From Alphaproteobacteria bacterium (GTDB lineage Bacteria > Pseudomonadota > Alphaproteobacteria > UBA828), in the NCBI GenBank assembly GCA_963422645.2, contig CAXXVO010000012.1, positions 192,001-256,000 of the forward strand: a stretch of 64,000 bases of DNA. The letters run 5' to 3'. The notes under the pieces were generated by a model, which searched no databases, had not been told where the DNA came from, and saw nothing but the letters and a program-made list of their open reading frames with translations. Shown piece after piece: positions 8,917 through 20,989 of the stretch. Every line of letters begins with the position of its first letter. The stretch's first letter is position 1. The translations under genes and the position numbers were made by a program.

Positions 8917-11343
8917 ATGCGAAGGGTAGTGGTCGCGATCCTCCTGCTGACAGGGGTCGCATTGGTCGGGGCCTGTGGCGGCGGGGGCGGCGACGCAAAT
9001 CCGCAAACAACGGCCCCGCCTGCGCCGGACCCGCCACCCACGCCGGACCCGCCGCCGATGCCGGATCCGGAGCCTCCGGTTGTCTCGCCCGCATGCGTCG
9101 AGACCGTCATCGGGTGCCTGGTGCAGGAGAGCTATGAAGCGGAGCGCCGAACGATCGCGGATGCGCACAGCGGCGAGGACGACTTCAAGAATCAGTGGGG
9201 CCTGGCGCCGCTCCGGGCTGATATTGCCTATGCGCAACTCCAGCTAAAGCACGGTATCGGAAGGGAAGTCGGTAACGGTCAGACAGTCGGTCTCATCGAC
9301 ACCGGGATCGATGCCGGACACCCGGTGTTCGCCGGCAAGACGATAAGCGAGCACTTGTCTGGAAGTGCGCAGGACGAGACTGGCGACGAATTTTCCCACG
9401 GGACGGCGGTCGCGAGTGTCATCGCGGCAAGGCGGGACGCCGTGTTCGACTACGCCGGTGCGAGCCCCGCGCACGGCGTAGCCTGGGGTGCCGATATCGC
9501 GATGTTGGCTATCCCGACCAGCTCGGGAGGCGGCACTTACGTTCCGATCCATTTGTCCGGTCAAACCAGTGCCGACGACCGATGGGCGTCCAGGCTCAAT
9601 CACATGATCGATTGGTCGATTGGCGGGCGCATGCTCGATTTCGTCAACGTCAGCGTCGGGTACCACGGGATCATCGATCAATACAGCGAGCAGGAAGTTC
9701 GTGACAGTTTCGGCGCTTCGATAGCTGCGGTCGAACAGGCGGGCGTCGTCGACAAGACAGTCTTCGTTTGGGCCGCCGGTAACGCGCACGGAGACCATTG
9801 CCATGCGGCCGACTTCGCGAAAAACCCGGACTTGTGCGTGAACGGGACCATCAACGCCAAGTCGGTCGAGTTCATGCCGGGTTGGCCGGCGCGCGTTGCC
9901 GAGCTGCGCGGACACCTTGTCGCTGTCGTGGCCGTTGCCCCGGATAGCGACGGGGATGGAACCTACGAGATTGCCGACTTCTCCAATCGCTGCGGAATCG
10001 CCAAGGATTGGTGCATCGCCGCACCGGGGGAGGACGTGCGGGTAGCGTACTTCGGGCCTTATGAAGGGATTCTTGGAGCCCGGCGTAACGGCAACGGCCG
10101 CGGAACATCCTATGCAGCGCCCATGGTGACCGGCGCGCTCGTGGTGATGAAGGATTATTTCCGAGACGAACTCTACAACACCGATCTGGTCGCTCGGCTC
10201 CTGGCAACCGCCGACAAGGGCGGCATCTATGCGGACGCAGATGTCTATGGCCAGGGTCTCTTGAACCTGGCTGCCGCGACCACGCCCGCCGGTACACCCG
10301 GTATTGCGCTCGGCCCGCGGGTCGCGGATACCAGCGTCGATCTGACGGCAACCGGCCTCGGGCTCGGCGATGCCTTCGGCGACGGGCTCTCGCAGGCGCT
10401 GGCAGGCCGAGAAATCGCGGCGTTCGACGAGCTCGGAGCGCCATTCTGGTACGCGCTCGGCTCGCTCACCGCTCCCGCGGACGGCCCCTCCGCAAGCGCG
10501 CGGTTGTAGAGCTTCATGGCGCAACGGCTCGAAGGACAGGAGCCCGGCACTTGGCGCCCAACCGTTGGCGCGGCCGAGAACGGCGAAGAGGACGGCAATT
10601 CCGCCCCGCTTCGGCTGGGCTTGCTGGCATCGCCCGGGTTGGGGAAGGGGAGCGGGCATCTCTCCCTCGCCGGGCGGGCGCTAACAGTCGGCGCTACGGG
10701 GGAGCGCGGTCTCAGCGCCGCGGCCTTCTCGACCGAGGGCCTGGACGGGCGGGCGCCCGTGTCGGGCGCCACGTTTGCCTGGCGGCCGGAAGGAGCCGCT
10801 CTCAGCCTGCGCGGCGGCCTGGTGGGCGAGCGTGAGAACCTTCTCGGCTCACATGCGGCCGGCGCCTTCGGGCGCATGGCGGCTGCATCTGCCTTCGCCG
10901 GGGTTCAGGCGGGTGCGCATGTCGGCCCGTGGCGGCTCTGCGTCAACACTGAGGTCGGCTCAGTCAACGCGTCGGTGCAGGGCGGACTGATCGCCGACGT
11001 CTCGCCGCTCACCACGAGCGCCTTCGCCCTGCAAGCGACGAAGACGTTCGCCGGCGAGGGCACGCTCACACTCTCGCTCTCGCAACCTCTCCGCGTCGAG
11101 GCCGGCCGCGCGCGTCTTTCCGTTCCTGTGGGTCGCACGAAGGATGGAAGGGTGCGGCGCCACTCGATGATGGCCGATCTCGTGCCCTCGGGCCGGGAAA
11201 TCGAAGTCGCTGCCCAGTGGCGGCAGCCGCTCGCAGCGGCGGGCGAGCTGCGGTTCGGTGTGGCCTGGACCCGCCATCCGGGACACGCTGCCTCGGCAGA
11301 TCCCGATCTGACCTTCCTCGCTGCATGGCGCCGAATCTTTTGA
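8917..11343 (+). pseudogene. Lipoprotein S8 subtilase with a C-terminal outer-membrane beta-barrel, split by an in-frame TAG at 10507-10509
   Basis: Lipobox LVGAC, Pro-rich linker and triad IDTG/HGTAV/GTSYAAP. Downstream ORF 10516-11343 is in the same frame and ends in the barrel-type WRRIF. Confidence 0.8.
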
Positions 11344-11578
11344 TAGGGTGTAGTGTGAGTTGGCGGGTGCCTTGCGCTCCGGAAGAGAGGGGACAAGTCG
11401 TACCGGCGAGGTGATTCACGTACGATCGCAAATCCCCTATGCCCTTGACGGCATAGTGTTATAGCCAGTCGTAACCGTTGACGCTTATCATGGTCATGCT
11501 CAAACTTTCGCCGTCGAGTCGGTCGTCACGATACTCAGTATCGAACCCACGAAAGTGAAATGGGAGCAAGCAATGAAC

Positions 11579-13466
11579 GTAACTGCCCAGGTTCTTGCTG
11601 TGAAAATTCTCTGGGATTCGGCACAACGCTACCCACGCGACGCCCGTGTGCTCCTCTGGGGTCGCCGGGTTTCACAGCTCACGATGCCCCTCTTGCGGAC
11701 TGCGACCGGTAAGCTACCCCGATGTGGCCCGAAGTCCGCCCGCGCGACGGGCACCGATTTTCATTCTATGGGGTGGTCCAGCACGGCGTCGACCATGATC
11801 GTTTATGAGAATGGCTCCGCTGTTGGAGAACCCGTGCCAGGTGAGCTTACGCGCACTTGACGGTGGCGATGAGCCGATCCGATGGGCTGGTCAGGGCTTC
11901 GATGATATTCCAGCCCTGCTTTCTGGCGGTGGTGATGACGCTGCGCAGGATGGCGAAGTTCTCGGCCCCCTGCGCGGACCGGAAGCCCCCGGAGATCTTC
12001 TGGCGCAGCTTCATCATCCGAAGGTCGCGCTCGGCCTCGTTGTTCGTGAACCCGACCTCGAGGTCGATCAGGAACCGGAGCACCGCGCATTTGTGGTCGC
12101 GCAGCCTCAAGGCCAGATTGTGACCGATCCTTCGCTTCCGGCGCTTCTTCCTCTTGCCAGGCGAGAACGGTGGTTGGCTCTCGTGAAAGGCCAGCGCATC
12201 GGCGATGATCTCGTCGTATCGGCGCTCGATCAGCGCCACAAGCCTCGCCGGAACGGCGATATCCTTGTCCAGCGCGATGCGGGCGGCGCGATTGGCTCGG
12301 CGCAGGAGCTGCTGCATCCGCCGGGCCCAAGCCTCCCCTTCGATGTCCACCAGCGCCTGCAACTCCCGCAGGTGATGGGCGTTGCACAGGCCGTGCTCCA
12401 CCCCTTCCATCGCGAAGTACGGCTTCCAGTGATCGTGCACGACGATGCCGGAGACACCCGAGAGCAGGGCGCCGCGCTTGCCGCTGACCCGGTACGCCGC
12501 CAGCAGCGGCGTGCAGATCACATGAAGCCACTGCGTCTGACCGCCGATCCGCAAGCCGGTCTCGTCCATGTGTTTCACCCGCGCCGTGCCCGCCGCCAGG
12601 TCCTGTATGTGCAAGGCCGCGTCCCGCAGCCGCTCGGCCGCCCTCTCGCTCATCGTCGCCAACGTCGCAGCCGTCACCGGCGCGCCGAAGAGCTCGGCCA
12701 TCACCTGCGACAGCCGATCCTCCGGCAGGAAGTGAGCGTGCTGAAGGTAGACCGCCACCCCGGCAATGCGCGGGCCGTACTGCACCGGCGCCGACACCCC
12801 GTCGGGGAACGCCGCCCGGGTCACCGTCCCGCAATGCCCGCAGCACTTGGCATGCGCCCGGTGCTCGGTCACCTCCAGGGGGCTCGGCTCGGGCAGATCG
12901 AACACCTGGCGGGCGACGGGCGTTCCCGCCCTGGCCGCGTCCGAAAGCGGCGAACCGCATCCCTTGCAGGAAGCCGGGACGTGATCCTTCACCCGATCCG
13001 GGTGATCGGCGCGGCGCAGCGTCTTGCCCTTGTGGCCGGGCTGGCCACCGGGCTTGCGGCCCGATTTGCCGCGCAGGCTTCGGGTTCGCCGCTTCGAATT
13101 CGGCTTCCTCAGCCCATCGCTCGAAGGCGGCTTGCCGCTGTTGCCGCTGTTGAGGCCGAGACGGCGCTCCAACTCCTCGATGCGCTCGACGAGACGCGCG
13201 ACTTGCTCTTCCAGCCGCGCGTTCTGCTGCCGAAGCCAGGCATTTTCCTCCCGAAGCCGGGCGTTCTCCTCCTCCAGGCGGGCGATCTTCTGCGCGGGCG
13301 TTTCGGGCGCTGCTCCCGTCGAAGGGCCGCGCGGCGACTCGGGATTGCTCATGTCGTTGTTGAGTCATTTCCCGAAATTCCCGTCAAGCCCTTTCCACCA
13401 ACTCCGAACGAGAAACGCCTCAATCCACTGGCCCAAAATGACAAATCAGACGACCTGGGCAGTTAC
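11579..13466 (-). mobile_element. Complete single-ORF IS66-family element inserted at the hupB start
   Basis: Perfect 14-bp IR GTAACTGCCCAGGT at 11579-11592 and 13453-13466. 8-bp TSD CAATGAAC at 11571-11578 and 13467-13474. Confidence 0.95.
11847..13352 (-). CDS. tnpC: IS66 family transposase TnpC
   Basis: NSGNSGKPPSSD, zinc finger, MDETG, VHDHW and TNNEAERDLR. Clearly related to the transposase at 3170-4708. Confidence 0.92.
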   Translation of the reverse strand: MSNPESPRGPSTGAAPETPAQKIARLEEENARLREENAWLRQQNARLEEQVARLVERIEELERRLGLNSGNSGKPPSSDGLRKPNSKRRTRSLRGKSGRKPGGQPGHKGKTLRRADHPDRVKDHVPASCKGCGSPLSDAARAGTPVARQVFDLPEPSPLEVTEHRAHAKCCGHCGTVTRAAFPDGVSAPVQYGPRIAGVAVYLQHAHFLPEDRLSQVMAELFGAPVTAATLATMSERAAERLRDAALHIQDLAAGTARVKHMDETGLRIGGQTQWLHVICTPLLAAYRVSGKRGALLSGVSGIVVHDHWKPYFAMEGVEHGLCNAHHLRELQALVDIEGEAWARRMQQLLRRANRAARIALDKDIAVPARLVALIERRYDEIIADALAFHESQPPFSPGKRKKRRKRRIGHNLALRLRDHKCAVLRFLIDLEVGFTNNEAERDLRMMKLRQKISGGFRSAQGAENFAILRSVITTARKQGWNIIEALTSPSDRLIATVKCA

Positions 13467-13468
13467 CA

Positions 13469-13744
13469 ATGAACAAGGCTGAGCTGATCAAGGCTGTCGC
13501 GAGCAGCGCGGACATCTCCAGTGCCGACGCGGTGCGCGCGGTGGACAGCGTGTTCGGCGCCATTACTGACACGCTACGGAGCGGCTCCGATGTCAGATTG
13601 GCGGGGTTTGGGTCGTTCAGCGTCGTCGAAAGGAAGGCCACGACCGGGCGAAACCCCCGTACCGGCGAATCCATTTCGATTGCCGCCTCCAAGCAGCCGA
13701 AGTTCAAGGCCGGCAAGACGCTCAAGGACGCGGTCAACGACTGA
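13469..13744 (+). CDS. hupB: DNA-binding protein HU
   Basis: MNKAELI, GFGSF, GRNPRTGE and PKFKAGKTLKDAVN. Confidence 0.95.
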   Translation: MNKAELIKAVASSADISSADAVRAVDSVFGAITDTLRSGSDVRLAGFGSFSVVERKATTGRNPRTGESISIAASKQPKFKAGKTLKDAVND

Positions 13745-13767
13745 TCGGCGTCCCGCTTGGCAGGCGC

Positions 13768-13843
13768 GGGCGGTTAGCTCAGCTGGGAGAGCGCTTGGTT
13801 TACACCCAAGAGGTCGGCGGTTCGATCCCGTCACCGCCCACCA
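13768..13843 (+). tRNA. tRNA-Val (TAC)
   Basis: Cloverleaf with anticodon arm CTTGG-TT TAC AC-CCAAG, GTTCGA T-loop and CCA end. Confidence 0.95.
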
Positions 13844-14014
13844 GGCGTTGGTTGTTCCAGGGTTGCAAAGCGCGGAGACTCACCCGTGGAGGTCGTACCC
13901 CGAAGCGGGTGGTCTCTATCCGCCTGGAGTCCCAGCCAAGCAACTTGACCCCGCCGGACCCCTGCTCTACATGGTGACGGCCGGCGCGGCGACGGCACGT
14001 CGGCCGGATCCTGC

Positions 14015-14093
14015 GGGGGTGTAGCTCAGCTTGGTTTAGAGCGCCGGCCTGTCACGCCGGAGGTCGCGGGTTCGAGTCCCGTCACTCCCGCCA
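14015..14093 (+). tRNA. tRNA-Asp (GTC)
   Basis: Acceptor stem GGGGGTG/CACTCCC, anticodon arm CCGGC-CT GTC AC-GCCGG and CCA end. Confidence 0.95.
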
Positions 14094-14265
14094 TAACCCC
14101 GGAGCGCCGTTCTGGAGCGCCGGGACGGGAAGAGCTGCAACGGGGTGCCGATTTGATGCAGGCCGCGGGATTCGGGGGTGGCCAAGAATGGCTACGGCAC
14201 GAATGCCGTAGGGGCCCTGCGCGTGGCCTGAGGGCCGCTGATCGCCGGCTTGCGGGTCGTGGCCG

Positions 14266-14640
14266 ATGATTGCATCGACCGGGCTGCTCCTCGAATACCT
14301 GCCGATCGTCATCTTTCTCGGCATCGCCGGCGTGATGGCGATCGCCGCCATCGCGGGCTCCTACGTGCTCGCGCCGCAACGGCCCGACCGGGACAAGATC
14401 GCCGCCTACGAGTGCGGCTTCGACGCCTTCGAGGATGCGCGCGGCCGCTTCGACGTGCGCTTCTATCTCGTGGCGATCCTCTTCATCATCTTCGATCTCG
14501 AGGTCGCTTTCCTGTTTCCGTGGGCGGTCTCGTTCAGCGAGATCGGGCTCTACGGTTTCTGGTCGATGATCGTCTTCCTCGGGCTGCTGACCATCGGCTT
14601 CGTCTACGAGTGGAAGAAGGGCGCGCTCGAATGGGAGTAG
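14266..14640 (+). CDS. nuoA: NADH-quinone oxidoreductase subunit A
   Basis: [16 protein letters not shown] and [10 protein letters not shown]. Confidence 0.97.
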   Translation: MIASTGLLLEYLPIVIFLGIAGVMAIAAIAGSYVLAPQRPDRDKIAAYECGFDAFEDARGRFDVRFYLVAILFIIFDLEVAFLFPWAVSFSEIGLYGFWSMIVFLGLLTIGFVYEWKKGALEWE

Positions 14641-15185
14641 GGACCACGACCGTCGGCCTGCCGGGCCAGCCGCTGCCGGCGGGTGAGGCCCAGGACCAGG
14701 CGCTCGCGCTGGTCAGCGACGAGTTGAACGACAAGGGCTTCGTCGTCGCCCAGCTCGACAGCGTCATCAACTGGGCGCGCACCGGCTCGCTCTGGCCGAT
14801 GACCTTCGGGCTCGCCTGCTGCGCGGTCGAGTTCATGCAGACCATCGCGTCCCGCTACGATATCGACCGCATCGGCATGGTGCCGCGCGCGAGCCCGCGC
14901 CAATCGGACGTGATGATCGTCGCCGGCACGCTGTGCAACAAGATGGCGCCCGCGTTCCGGCGGGTTTACGACCAGATGCCGGAGCCCCGCTACGTCATCT
15001 CCATGGGAAGCTGCGCCAACGGCGGCGGCTATTATCACTACTCCTATTCGGTGGTGCGGGGCTGCGACCGTGTCGTCCCGGTGGATGTCTATGTCCCCGG
15101 TTGTCCGCCCACGGCCGAAGCGCTGCTTTACGGCATCATGCAATTGCAGCGGAAGATCCGGCGTACGGGGACCATCGCGCGCTAG
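14631..15185 (+). CDS. nuoB: NADH-quinone oxidoreductase subunit B
   Basis: [19 protein letters not shown] and YVPGCPP. Confidence 0.97.
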   Translation: MGVGTTTVGLPGQPLPAGEAQDQALALVSDELNDKGFVVAQLDSVINWARTGSLWPMTFGLACCAVEFMQTIASRYDIDRIGMVPRASPRQSDVMIVAGTLCNKMAPAFRRVYDQMPEPRYVISMGSCANGGGYYHYSYSVVRGCDRVVPVDVYVPGCPPTAEALLYGIMQLQRKIRRTGTIAR

Positions 15186-15209
15186 CGCGCGTCGAGAGCG
15201 GGCGAGGGG

Positions 15210-15833
15210 ATGGACACGGCCGGACTACGCGACCTCGGCGAGCATGTCGCGACCAGTCTCAGCGACTACGTGTACGCGGCCGAGGTCGTCCGCGACGAGC
15301 TCACCGTCGACGCGCGCGCCGACCAGGTGGTGCGTGTCCTGAAGTTCCTGAAGGACGATCCGCGCTGCCGCTTCGAGCAGCTCACCGACCTCTGCGGCGT
15401 CGATTACCCGGAGCGTGACCCGCGCTTCGATGTCGTCTACCACCTGCTCAGCATGAGCCACAATTGCCGGCTGCGCCTCAAGATCGGTATCAACGAGGAC
15501 CAGCCGATGCCTTCGGCGACCGAGATCTACCCCTCCGCCGGATGGTGGGAGCGCGAGGCCTGGGACCTCTACGGCATCTACTTCGCCGGCAACCCGGACC
15601 TGCGCCGGCTGCTCACCGATTACGGCTTCGACGGCCATCCGCTGCGCAAGGACTTTCCGCTTACCGGCTATGTCGAGCTGCGCTACGACTCTGAGCAGAA
15701 GCGGGTGGTGTACGAGCCGGTGAAGCTCACCCAGGAATTTCGCCGCTTCGACTTCCTGAGCCCCTGGGAAGGCGCGTCCTACCCGCTGCCGGGCGACGAG
15801 AAGGCCGGTGACGCCGGCGAGGACGGGCGCTGA
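15210..15833 (+). CDS. nuoC: NADH-quinone oxidoreductase subunit C
   Basis: EREAWDLYG and GHPLRKDFP. Confidence 0.97.
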   Translation: MDTAGLRDLGEHVATSLSDYVYAAEVVRDELTVDARADQVVRVLKFLKDDPRCRFEQLTDLCGVDYPERDPRFDVVYHLLSMSHNCRLRLKIGINEDQPMPSATEIYPSAGWWEREAWDLYGIYFAGNPDLRRLLTDYGFDGHPLRKDFPLTGYVELRYDSEQKRVVYEPVKLTQEFRRFDFLSPWEGASYPLPGDEKAGDAGEDGR

Positions 15834-15835
15834 CC

Positions 15836-17014
15836 ATGAGCGAGCGCCAGATCCGCAACATGACCCTGAACTTCGGGCCGCAGCATCCGGCGGCGCACGG
15901 CGTGCTGCGCCTGGTGCTGGAGATGGACGGAGAGGTGGTCGAGCGCGCGGACCCCCACATCGGCCTGCTCCATCGCGGCACCGAGAAGCTGATCGAATAC
16001 AAGACCTACCTGCAGGCCGTGCCCTACTTCGACCGGCTCGACTATGTCGCGCCGATGAACCAGGAGCACGCTTACGCGCTCGCCGTCGAGGCCCTGCTCG
16101 GGCTCGAAATTCCCGAGCGCGCGCAGTACATCCGCGTGCTCTACAGCGAGATTTCGCGCATCGCCAACCATCTGATGAACATCTGCACCATGGCGCTCGA
16201 CGTCGGTGCGATGACCCCCTTCTTCTGGGGCTTCGAGGAGCGCGAGCTGACCATGGAGTTCTACGAGCGGGCCTCGGGCTCGCGCCTCCATGCTGCATAC
16301 TTCCGCCCCGGCGGCGTCGCCTACGATCTCGCCCCGGAACTGCTCTCGGATATCGGTGCGTGGAACGAGAGATTTCCCAAGGTCATCGACGACATCGAGA
16401 ACGTGCTGACCGAGAACCGTATCTTCAAGCAGCGCACGGTCGATATCGGTATCCTGAGTGCGCAGGAGTGCTTCGACTGGGGGCTGACCGGGGCGGTGCT
16501 GCGCGCCTCCGGCGTTTCCTGGGACCTGCGCCGCAATCAGCCCTACGAGGTCTACAGCGATCTCGACTTCGGCGTGCCCATCGGCTCCAACGGCGATTGC
16601 TACGAGCGTTATCTCGTCCGCATGGAGGAGATGAGGCAATGCGGCAAGATCATCACCCAATGCCTTGAAAAAATGCCGGATGGACCGGTCAAGGTTCAGG
16701 ACAACAAGATCACGCCGCCGTCCAGGGCCGCGATGAAGGAGTCGATGGAGGCGCTGATCCATCACTTCAAGCTCTACACCGAGGGCTACCATGTGCCGGC
16801 GGGCGAGACCTACCGGGCGGTGGAGGCGCCGAAGGGCGAGTTCGGGGTCTATCTCGTGGCCGACGGCACCAACCGGCCCTATCGCTGCAAAATCCGGGCG
16901 CCGGGCTTCGCGCACCTGCAAGTGCTCGATCACATGAGCAAGGGCCACATGCTTGCGGACACGGTGGCCAACCTCGCGAGCATGGACATCGTGTTCGGGG
17001 AGGTCGACCGGTGA
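15836..17014 (+). CDS. nuoD: NADH-quinone oxidoreductase subunit D
   Basis: [14 protein letters not shown] and DIVFGEVDR. Confidence 0.97.
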   Translation: MSERQIRNMTLNFGPQHPAAHGVLRLVLEMDGEVVERADPHIGLLHRGTEKLIEYKTYLQAVPYFDRLDYVAPMNQEHAYALAVEALLGLEIPERAQYIRVLYSEISRIANHLMNICTMALDVGAMTPFFWGFEERELTMEFYERASGSRLHAAYFRPGGVAYDLAPELLSDIGAWNERFPKVIDDIENVLTENRIFKQRTVDIGILSAQECFDWGLTGAVLRASGVSWDLRRNQPYEVYSDLDFGVPIGSNGDCYERYLVRMEEMRQCGKIITQCLEKMPDGPVKVQDNKITPPSRAAMKESMEALIHHFKLYTEGYHVPAGETYRAVEAPKGEFGVYLVADGTNRPYRCKIRAPGFAHLQVLDHMSKGHMLADTVANLASMDIVFGEVDR

Positions 17015-17604
17015 CGGGCGAAGCCGGCAACGGCGCCGAGGCTTTCGTCTTCACGCCCGAGAACCGAGCCAAGGCGGACGCGGTGATCGCCAAGTACCCG
17101 GCGGGCTGCCAGGCCAGCGCGGTGCTGCCGCTGCTCGACATTGCCCAGCGCCAGAACGACGGCTGGATCTCCCAGGCGGTGATGGAGCACGTCGCCGAAG
17201 TGCTCGACATGGCGTCGATCCGGGTCTACGAGGTTGCGACCTTCTACTCGATGCTGAACCTGGAGCCGGTCGGCCGCAATCACGTCCAGCTTTGCCGCAC
17301 GACGCCGTGCTGGCTGCGGGGATCGGACGCGTTGCGCGACGCCTGCCGCGAGGAGCTCGGCATCGGCCTCGGTGGAACGACCGAAGACGGCCTCTTCACG
17401 CTGACCGAGGTCGAATGCCTCGGCGCCTGCGTCAACGCGCCCATGGTGCAAATCAACGATCACTTCTACGAAGACCTCGATCCGGCGCGCATGAAGGAAA
17501 TTCTGCGCGCCTTCAGGGCCGGGAGCCCGCCCGAGCCGGGCCCGCAGACCGGCCGCCAGACCTCTGCGCCCGCCTCCGGCCTGACCACACTGACCGAGCT
17601 CTGA
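17011..17604 (+). CDS. nuoE: NADH-quinone oxidoreductase subunit E
   Basis: 2Fe-2S motifs CRTTPC and ECLGAC. Confidence 0.95.
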   Translation: MTGEAGNGAEAFVFTPENRAKADAVIAKYPAGCQASAVLPLLDIAQRQNDGWISQAVMEHVAEVLDMASIRVYEVATFYSMLNLEPVGRNHVQLCRTTPCWLRGSDALRDACREELGIGLGGTTEDGLFTLTEVECLGACVNAPMVQINDHFYEDLDPARMKEILRAFRAGSPPEPGPQTGRQTSAPASGLTTLTEL

Positions 17605-17606
17605 AC

Positions 17607-18917
17607 ATGCTCAGCGATTCCGACCGCATCTTCACCAACCTCTACGGCGCCCAAGACTGGGGCCTGGCCGGTGCCCGCGCGCGGGGCGACTGGGACGGCA
17701 CGGCGGCGCTGATCGCCAAGGGGCACGACTGGATCATCGATCAGGTCAAGGAGTCGGGCCTGCGCGGGCGCGGCGGCGCCGGCTTCCCGACCGGGCTGAA
17801 ATGGTCCTTCATGCCCAAGGAGGAGGCCCCCGGGCGCCCGCACTACCTCGTGGTCAATGCCGACGAGAGCGAGCCCGGCACCTGCAAGGACCGGGACATG
17901 ATGCGCCACGACCCGCACAAGCTGATCGAGGGCTGCCTGATCTCGGGCTTCGCCATGCGGGCTCATGCGGCCTACATCTACATTCGCGGCGAGTTTTACG
18001 ACGAGGCGGTCGCGCTCCAGGCGGCGATCGACGAGGCCTACGACGCGGGCCTCATCGGCAAGAACCCCTGCGGGACCGACTGGTCCTTCGACGTCTATCT
18101 GCACCGCGGCGCCGGCGCCTACATTTGTGGCGAGGAGACCGGGCTGCTCGAGAGCCTTGAGGGCAAGCCCGGGCGGCCCCGGCTCAAGCCGCCCTTCCCG
18201 GCGGCGGTCGGTCTCTACGGCTGCCCGTCCACGGTCAACAACGTCGAGACCATCGCGGTCGTGCCCACCATCCTCAGGCGCGGCGCGGAATGGTTCGCCG
18301 GTATCGGCCGGCCCAAGAACACCGGTACCAAGGTCTTTTGTATCTCCGGCCACGTCAATCAGCCGTGCAATGTCGAGGAGGAGATGGGCATCCCCATGCG
18401 CGAGCTGATCGAGAAGCACGCGGGCGGGGTGCGCGGCGGCTGGGACAACCTGCAGGCGGTGATCCCCGGCGGCGCCTCGGTGCCGCTGCTGCCGAAGTCG
18501 ATCTGCGACGAGGTGCTGATGGACTTCGACTCGCTGATGGCCGAGAAATCCGGCCTTGGGACGGCGGCGGTGATCGTGATGGACAAGTCGGCCGACGTGG
18601 TCGAGGCCATCGCCCGGCTCTCCCACTTCTACATGCACGAGAGTTGCGGCCAGTGCACGCCCTGCCGGGAGGGCACCGGCTGGGTCTACCGCGTGATGCT
18701 GCGCCTGATCAGGGGCGAGGCGTCGGTCGAAGAAATCGACATGCTGTGGGACGTGGTGGGGCAGATCGAGGGCCACACCATCTGCGCCCTCGGCGATGCG
18801 GCGGCGTGGCCGGTGCAGGGGCTGATCCGCCATTTCCGGCCCGAGCTCGAGCGGCGCATCCTGGCCGAGAAGGTCGGCAGCGGAGACGCAACTGCCGCGG
18901 CAGCGGCAGCGGCCTGA
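17607..18917 (+). CDS. nuoF: NADH-quinone oxidoreductase subunit F
   Basis: [21 protein letters not shown] and [12 protein letters not shown]. Confidence 0.97.
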   Translation: MLSDSDRIFTNLYGAQDWGLAGARARGDWDGTAALIAKGHDWIIDQVKESGLRGRGGAGFPTGLKWSFMPKEEAPGRPHYLVVNADESEPGTCKDRDMMRHDPHKLIEGCLISGFAMRAHAAYIYIRGEFYDEAVALQAAIDEAYDAGLIGKNPCGTDWSFDVYLHRGAGAYICGEETGLLESLEGKPGRPRLKPPFPAAVGLYGCPSTVNNVETIAVVPTILRRGAEWFAGIGRPKNTGTKVFCISGHVNQPCNVEEEMGIPMRELIEKHAGGVRGGWDNLQAVIPGGASVPLLPKSICDEVLMDFDSLMAEKSGLGTAAVIVMDKSADVVEAIARLSHFYMHESCGQCTPCREGTGWVYRVMLRLIRGEASVEEIDMLWDVVGQIEGHTICALGDAAAWPVQGLIRHFRPELERRILAEKVGSGDATAAAAAAA

Positions 18918-18928
18918 GGACGCATCCG

Positions 18929-20989
18929 ATGACGACGCTCACCATCGATGGCGCCGAGATCACGGTCGAGCCCGGCTCGACCGTGATGCAGGCCTGCGTG
19001 CAGGCGGGCAAGGAGATTCCGCACTTCTGCTATCACGACCGGCTCACCATCGCCGGCAACTGCCGCATGTGCCTGGTGGAGATGGAGCGCTCGCCCAAGC
19101 CCATCGCGTCCTGCGCGATGCCGGCGGCGGAGGGCATGGTGATCCGCACCGACACGCCGGAGGTGAAGAGGGCGCGGGAAGGGGTGATGGAGTTCCTGCT
19201 CATCAATCACCCGCTCGACTGCCCGATCTGCGACCAGGGCGGCGAGTGCGACCTGCAGGACCAGGCCATGGCCTATGGCCGGCACTTCAGCCGCTTCAAC
19301 GAGAGCAAGCGCGCGGTGCGCGACAAGGATGTCGGGCCGCTGATCGAGACCATCATGACGCGCTGCATCCATTGCACGCGCTGCATCCGCTTCGCCGACG
19401 AGATCGCGGGGGTCGAGGAGTTCGGCGCGGTCTTCCGCGGCGAGCACATGGAAATCGGCACCTATGTCGAGAAGGCGGTCTCCTCCGAGCTCAGCGGCAA
19501 CATGATCGACCTCTGCCCGGTCGGCGCGCTGACCTCGAAGCCCTACGCCTTCGTCGCGCGCTCGTGGGAGTTGCGCACGACCGAGACGGTCGATGTGCTC
19601 GATGCCGTGGGCTCCAACATCCGGGTCGATGCGCGTGGGACCGAAGTACTGCGGGTGGTGCCGCGCCTCCACGACGACATCAACGAGGAGTGGCTCTCCG
19701 ACAAGAGCCGCTTCGCCTACGACGGGCTGCGCCGCCGCCGCCTCGACCGCTGCTACGTGCGGCGAAAGGGCGCGCTCGAAGCCGCAAGCTGGGCCGAAGC
19801 ATTCGACGCCATCGCTGCAGCGGCAGAGGGTCTGGACGGCAGCCAGATCGCGGCGCTTGCGGGCGATACGGCCGACTGCGAAGCCATGACGGCGCTCGCC
19901 GACCTGATGGGAGCGCTGGGCTCGCCCCATCTCGATTGCCGGCAGGACGGCGCCAAGCTGGATGCCACCAGCCGCGCCTCCTACCTCTTCAACACGACCA
20001 TCGGCGGGATCGAGGAGGCCGACGCGATCCTCCTGATCGGTGCCAACCCGCGCTGGGAAGCGTCGCTCGTCAATGCGCGTATCCGCAAGCGCTGGCGCCG
20101 GGGCGGGCTCAAGGTCGGCGTCATCGGCCCTGAGGTGGAGCTGACCTATCCCTACCACCATCTGGGCGACGGGCCGGAGACCCTCGCTGCCCTCGCAAAG
20201 GGTGGAGATGCCTTCGCCGATGTTCTGAAGATGGCCGAGCAGCCGATGCTGATCGTCGGCATGGGCGCGCTCACGCGGCCTGACGGCGCCCAGGTACTGG
20301 CCCACGCCAGGGCGGTTGCGGAGGCGACCGGGATGGTCGCCGAGGGCTGGAAGGGCTTCAACGTGCTGCACACGGCCGCCGCCCGCGTCGGCGGGCTCGA
20401 CCTCGGCTTCGTGCCGGGCGAGGGGGGCCGCGATGCGGCGGCGATCTGCGAAGGCGCCGGCGACGGTGCGATCCGCCTGCTTTACCTGCTGGGCGCCGAT
20501 GAGAATGCGCTGAAGCGGCCGGAGAACTGCTTCGTCGTCTACCAGGGCCACCACGGTGATGCCGGGGCGCGGATCGCCGACGTGATCCTGCCGGGCGCCG
20601 CCTACACCGAGAAAGACGGCACCTACGTCAATCTCGAAGGCCGGCCGCAGCGGGCCTTTGCCGCGACCGCGCCGCTCGGCGACGCGCGGGAGGACTGGCG
20701 CATCCTGCGCGCTCTCTCCGCCCGTCTCGGCAAGCCTCTGGCCTACGACACCCTGGATGAGCTTCGTGCCCGCATGGTGGAGCGAGCGCCGGCGCTCGCC
20801 GCGATCGGTCAGGTGACCGCGGCGCCATGGGTCGAATTCGGCGCCGCCGGCGCCATGGATGAGGCGCCCTTCGCGTGCCCCATCGGGGATTTCTACCAGA
20901 CCGATCCGATCACCCGCGCCTCGGTCACCATGGTCGAGTGCAGCGCGGCCTTCGTCGCGGCGGTGGAGGGGGGCGCCAGCGATGGCTGA
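18929..20989 (+). CDS. nuoG: NADH-quinone oxidoreductase subunit G
   Basis: [20 protein letters not shown] and RCIHCTRC. Confidence 0.97.
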   Translation: MTTLTIDGAEITVEPGSTVMQACVQAGKEIPHFCYHDRLTIAGNCRMCLVEMERSPKPIASCAMPAAEGMVIRTDTPEVKRAREGVMEFLLINHPLDCPICDQGGECDLQDQAMAYGRHFSRFNESKRAVRDKDVGPLIETIMTRCIHCTRCIRFADEIAGVEEFGAVFRGEHMEIGTYVEKAVSSELSGNMIDLCPVGALTSKPYAFVARSWELRTTETVDVLDAVGSNIRVDARGTEVLRVVPRLHDDINEEWLSDKSRFAYDGLRRRRLDRCYVRRKGALEAASWAEAFDAIAAAAEGLDGSQIAALAGDTADCEAMTALADLMGALGSPHLDCRQDGAKLDATSRASYLFNTTIGGIEEADAILLIGANPRWEASLVNARIRKRWRRGGLKVGVIGPEVELTYPYHHLGDGPETLAALAKGGDAFADVLKMAEQPMLIVGMGALTRPDGAQVLAHARAVAEATGMVAEGWKGFNVLHTAAARVGGLDLGFVPGEGGRDAAAICEGAGDGAIRLLYLLGADENALKRPENCFVVYQGHHGDAGARIADVILPGAAYTEKDGTYVNLEGRPQRAFAATAPLGDAREDWRILRALSARLGKPLAYDTLDELRARMVERAPALAAIGQVTAAPWVEFGAAGAMDEAPFACPIGDFYQTDPITRASVTMVECSAAFVAAVEGGASDG

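Noticed and set aside
9010-9080. Short CCGGACCCGCC-type repeats
   Set aside because: They encode the Pro-rich linker of the subtilase and are not a CRISPR or regulatory array.
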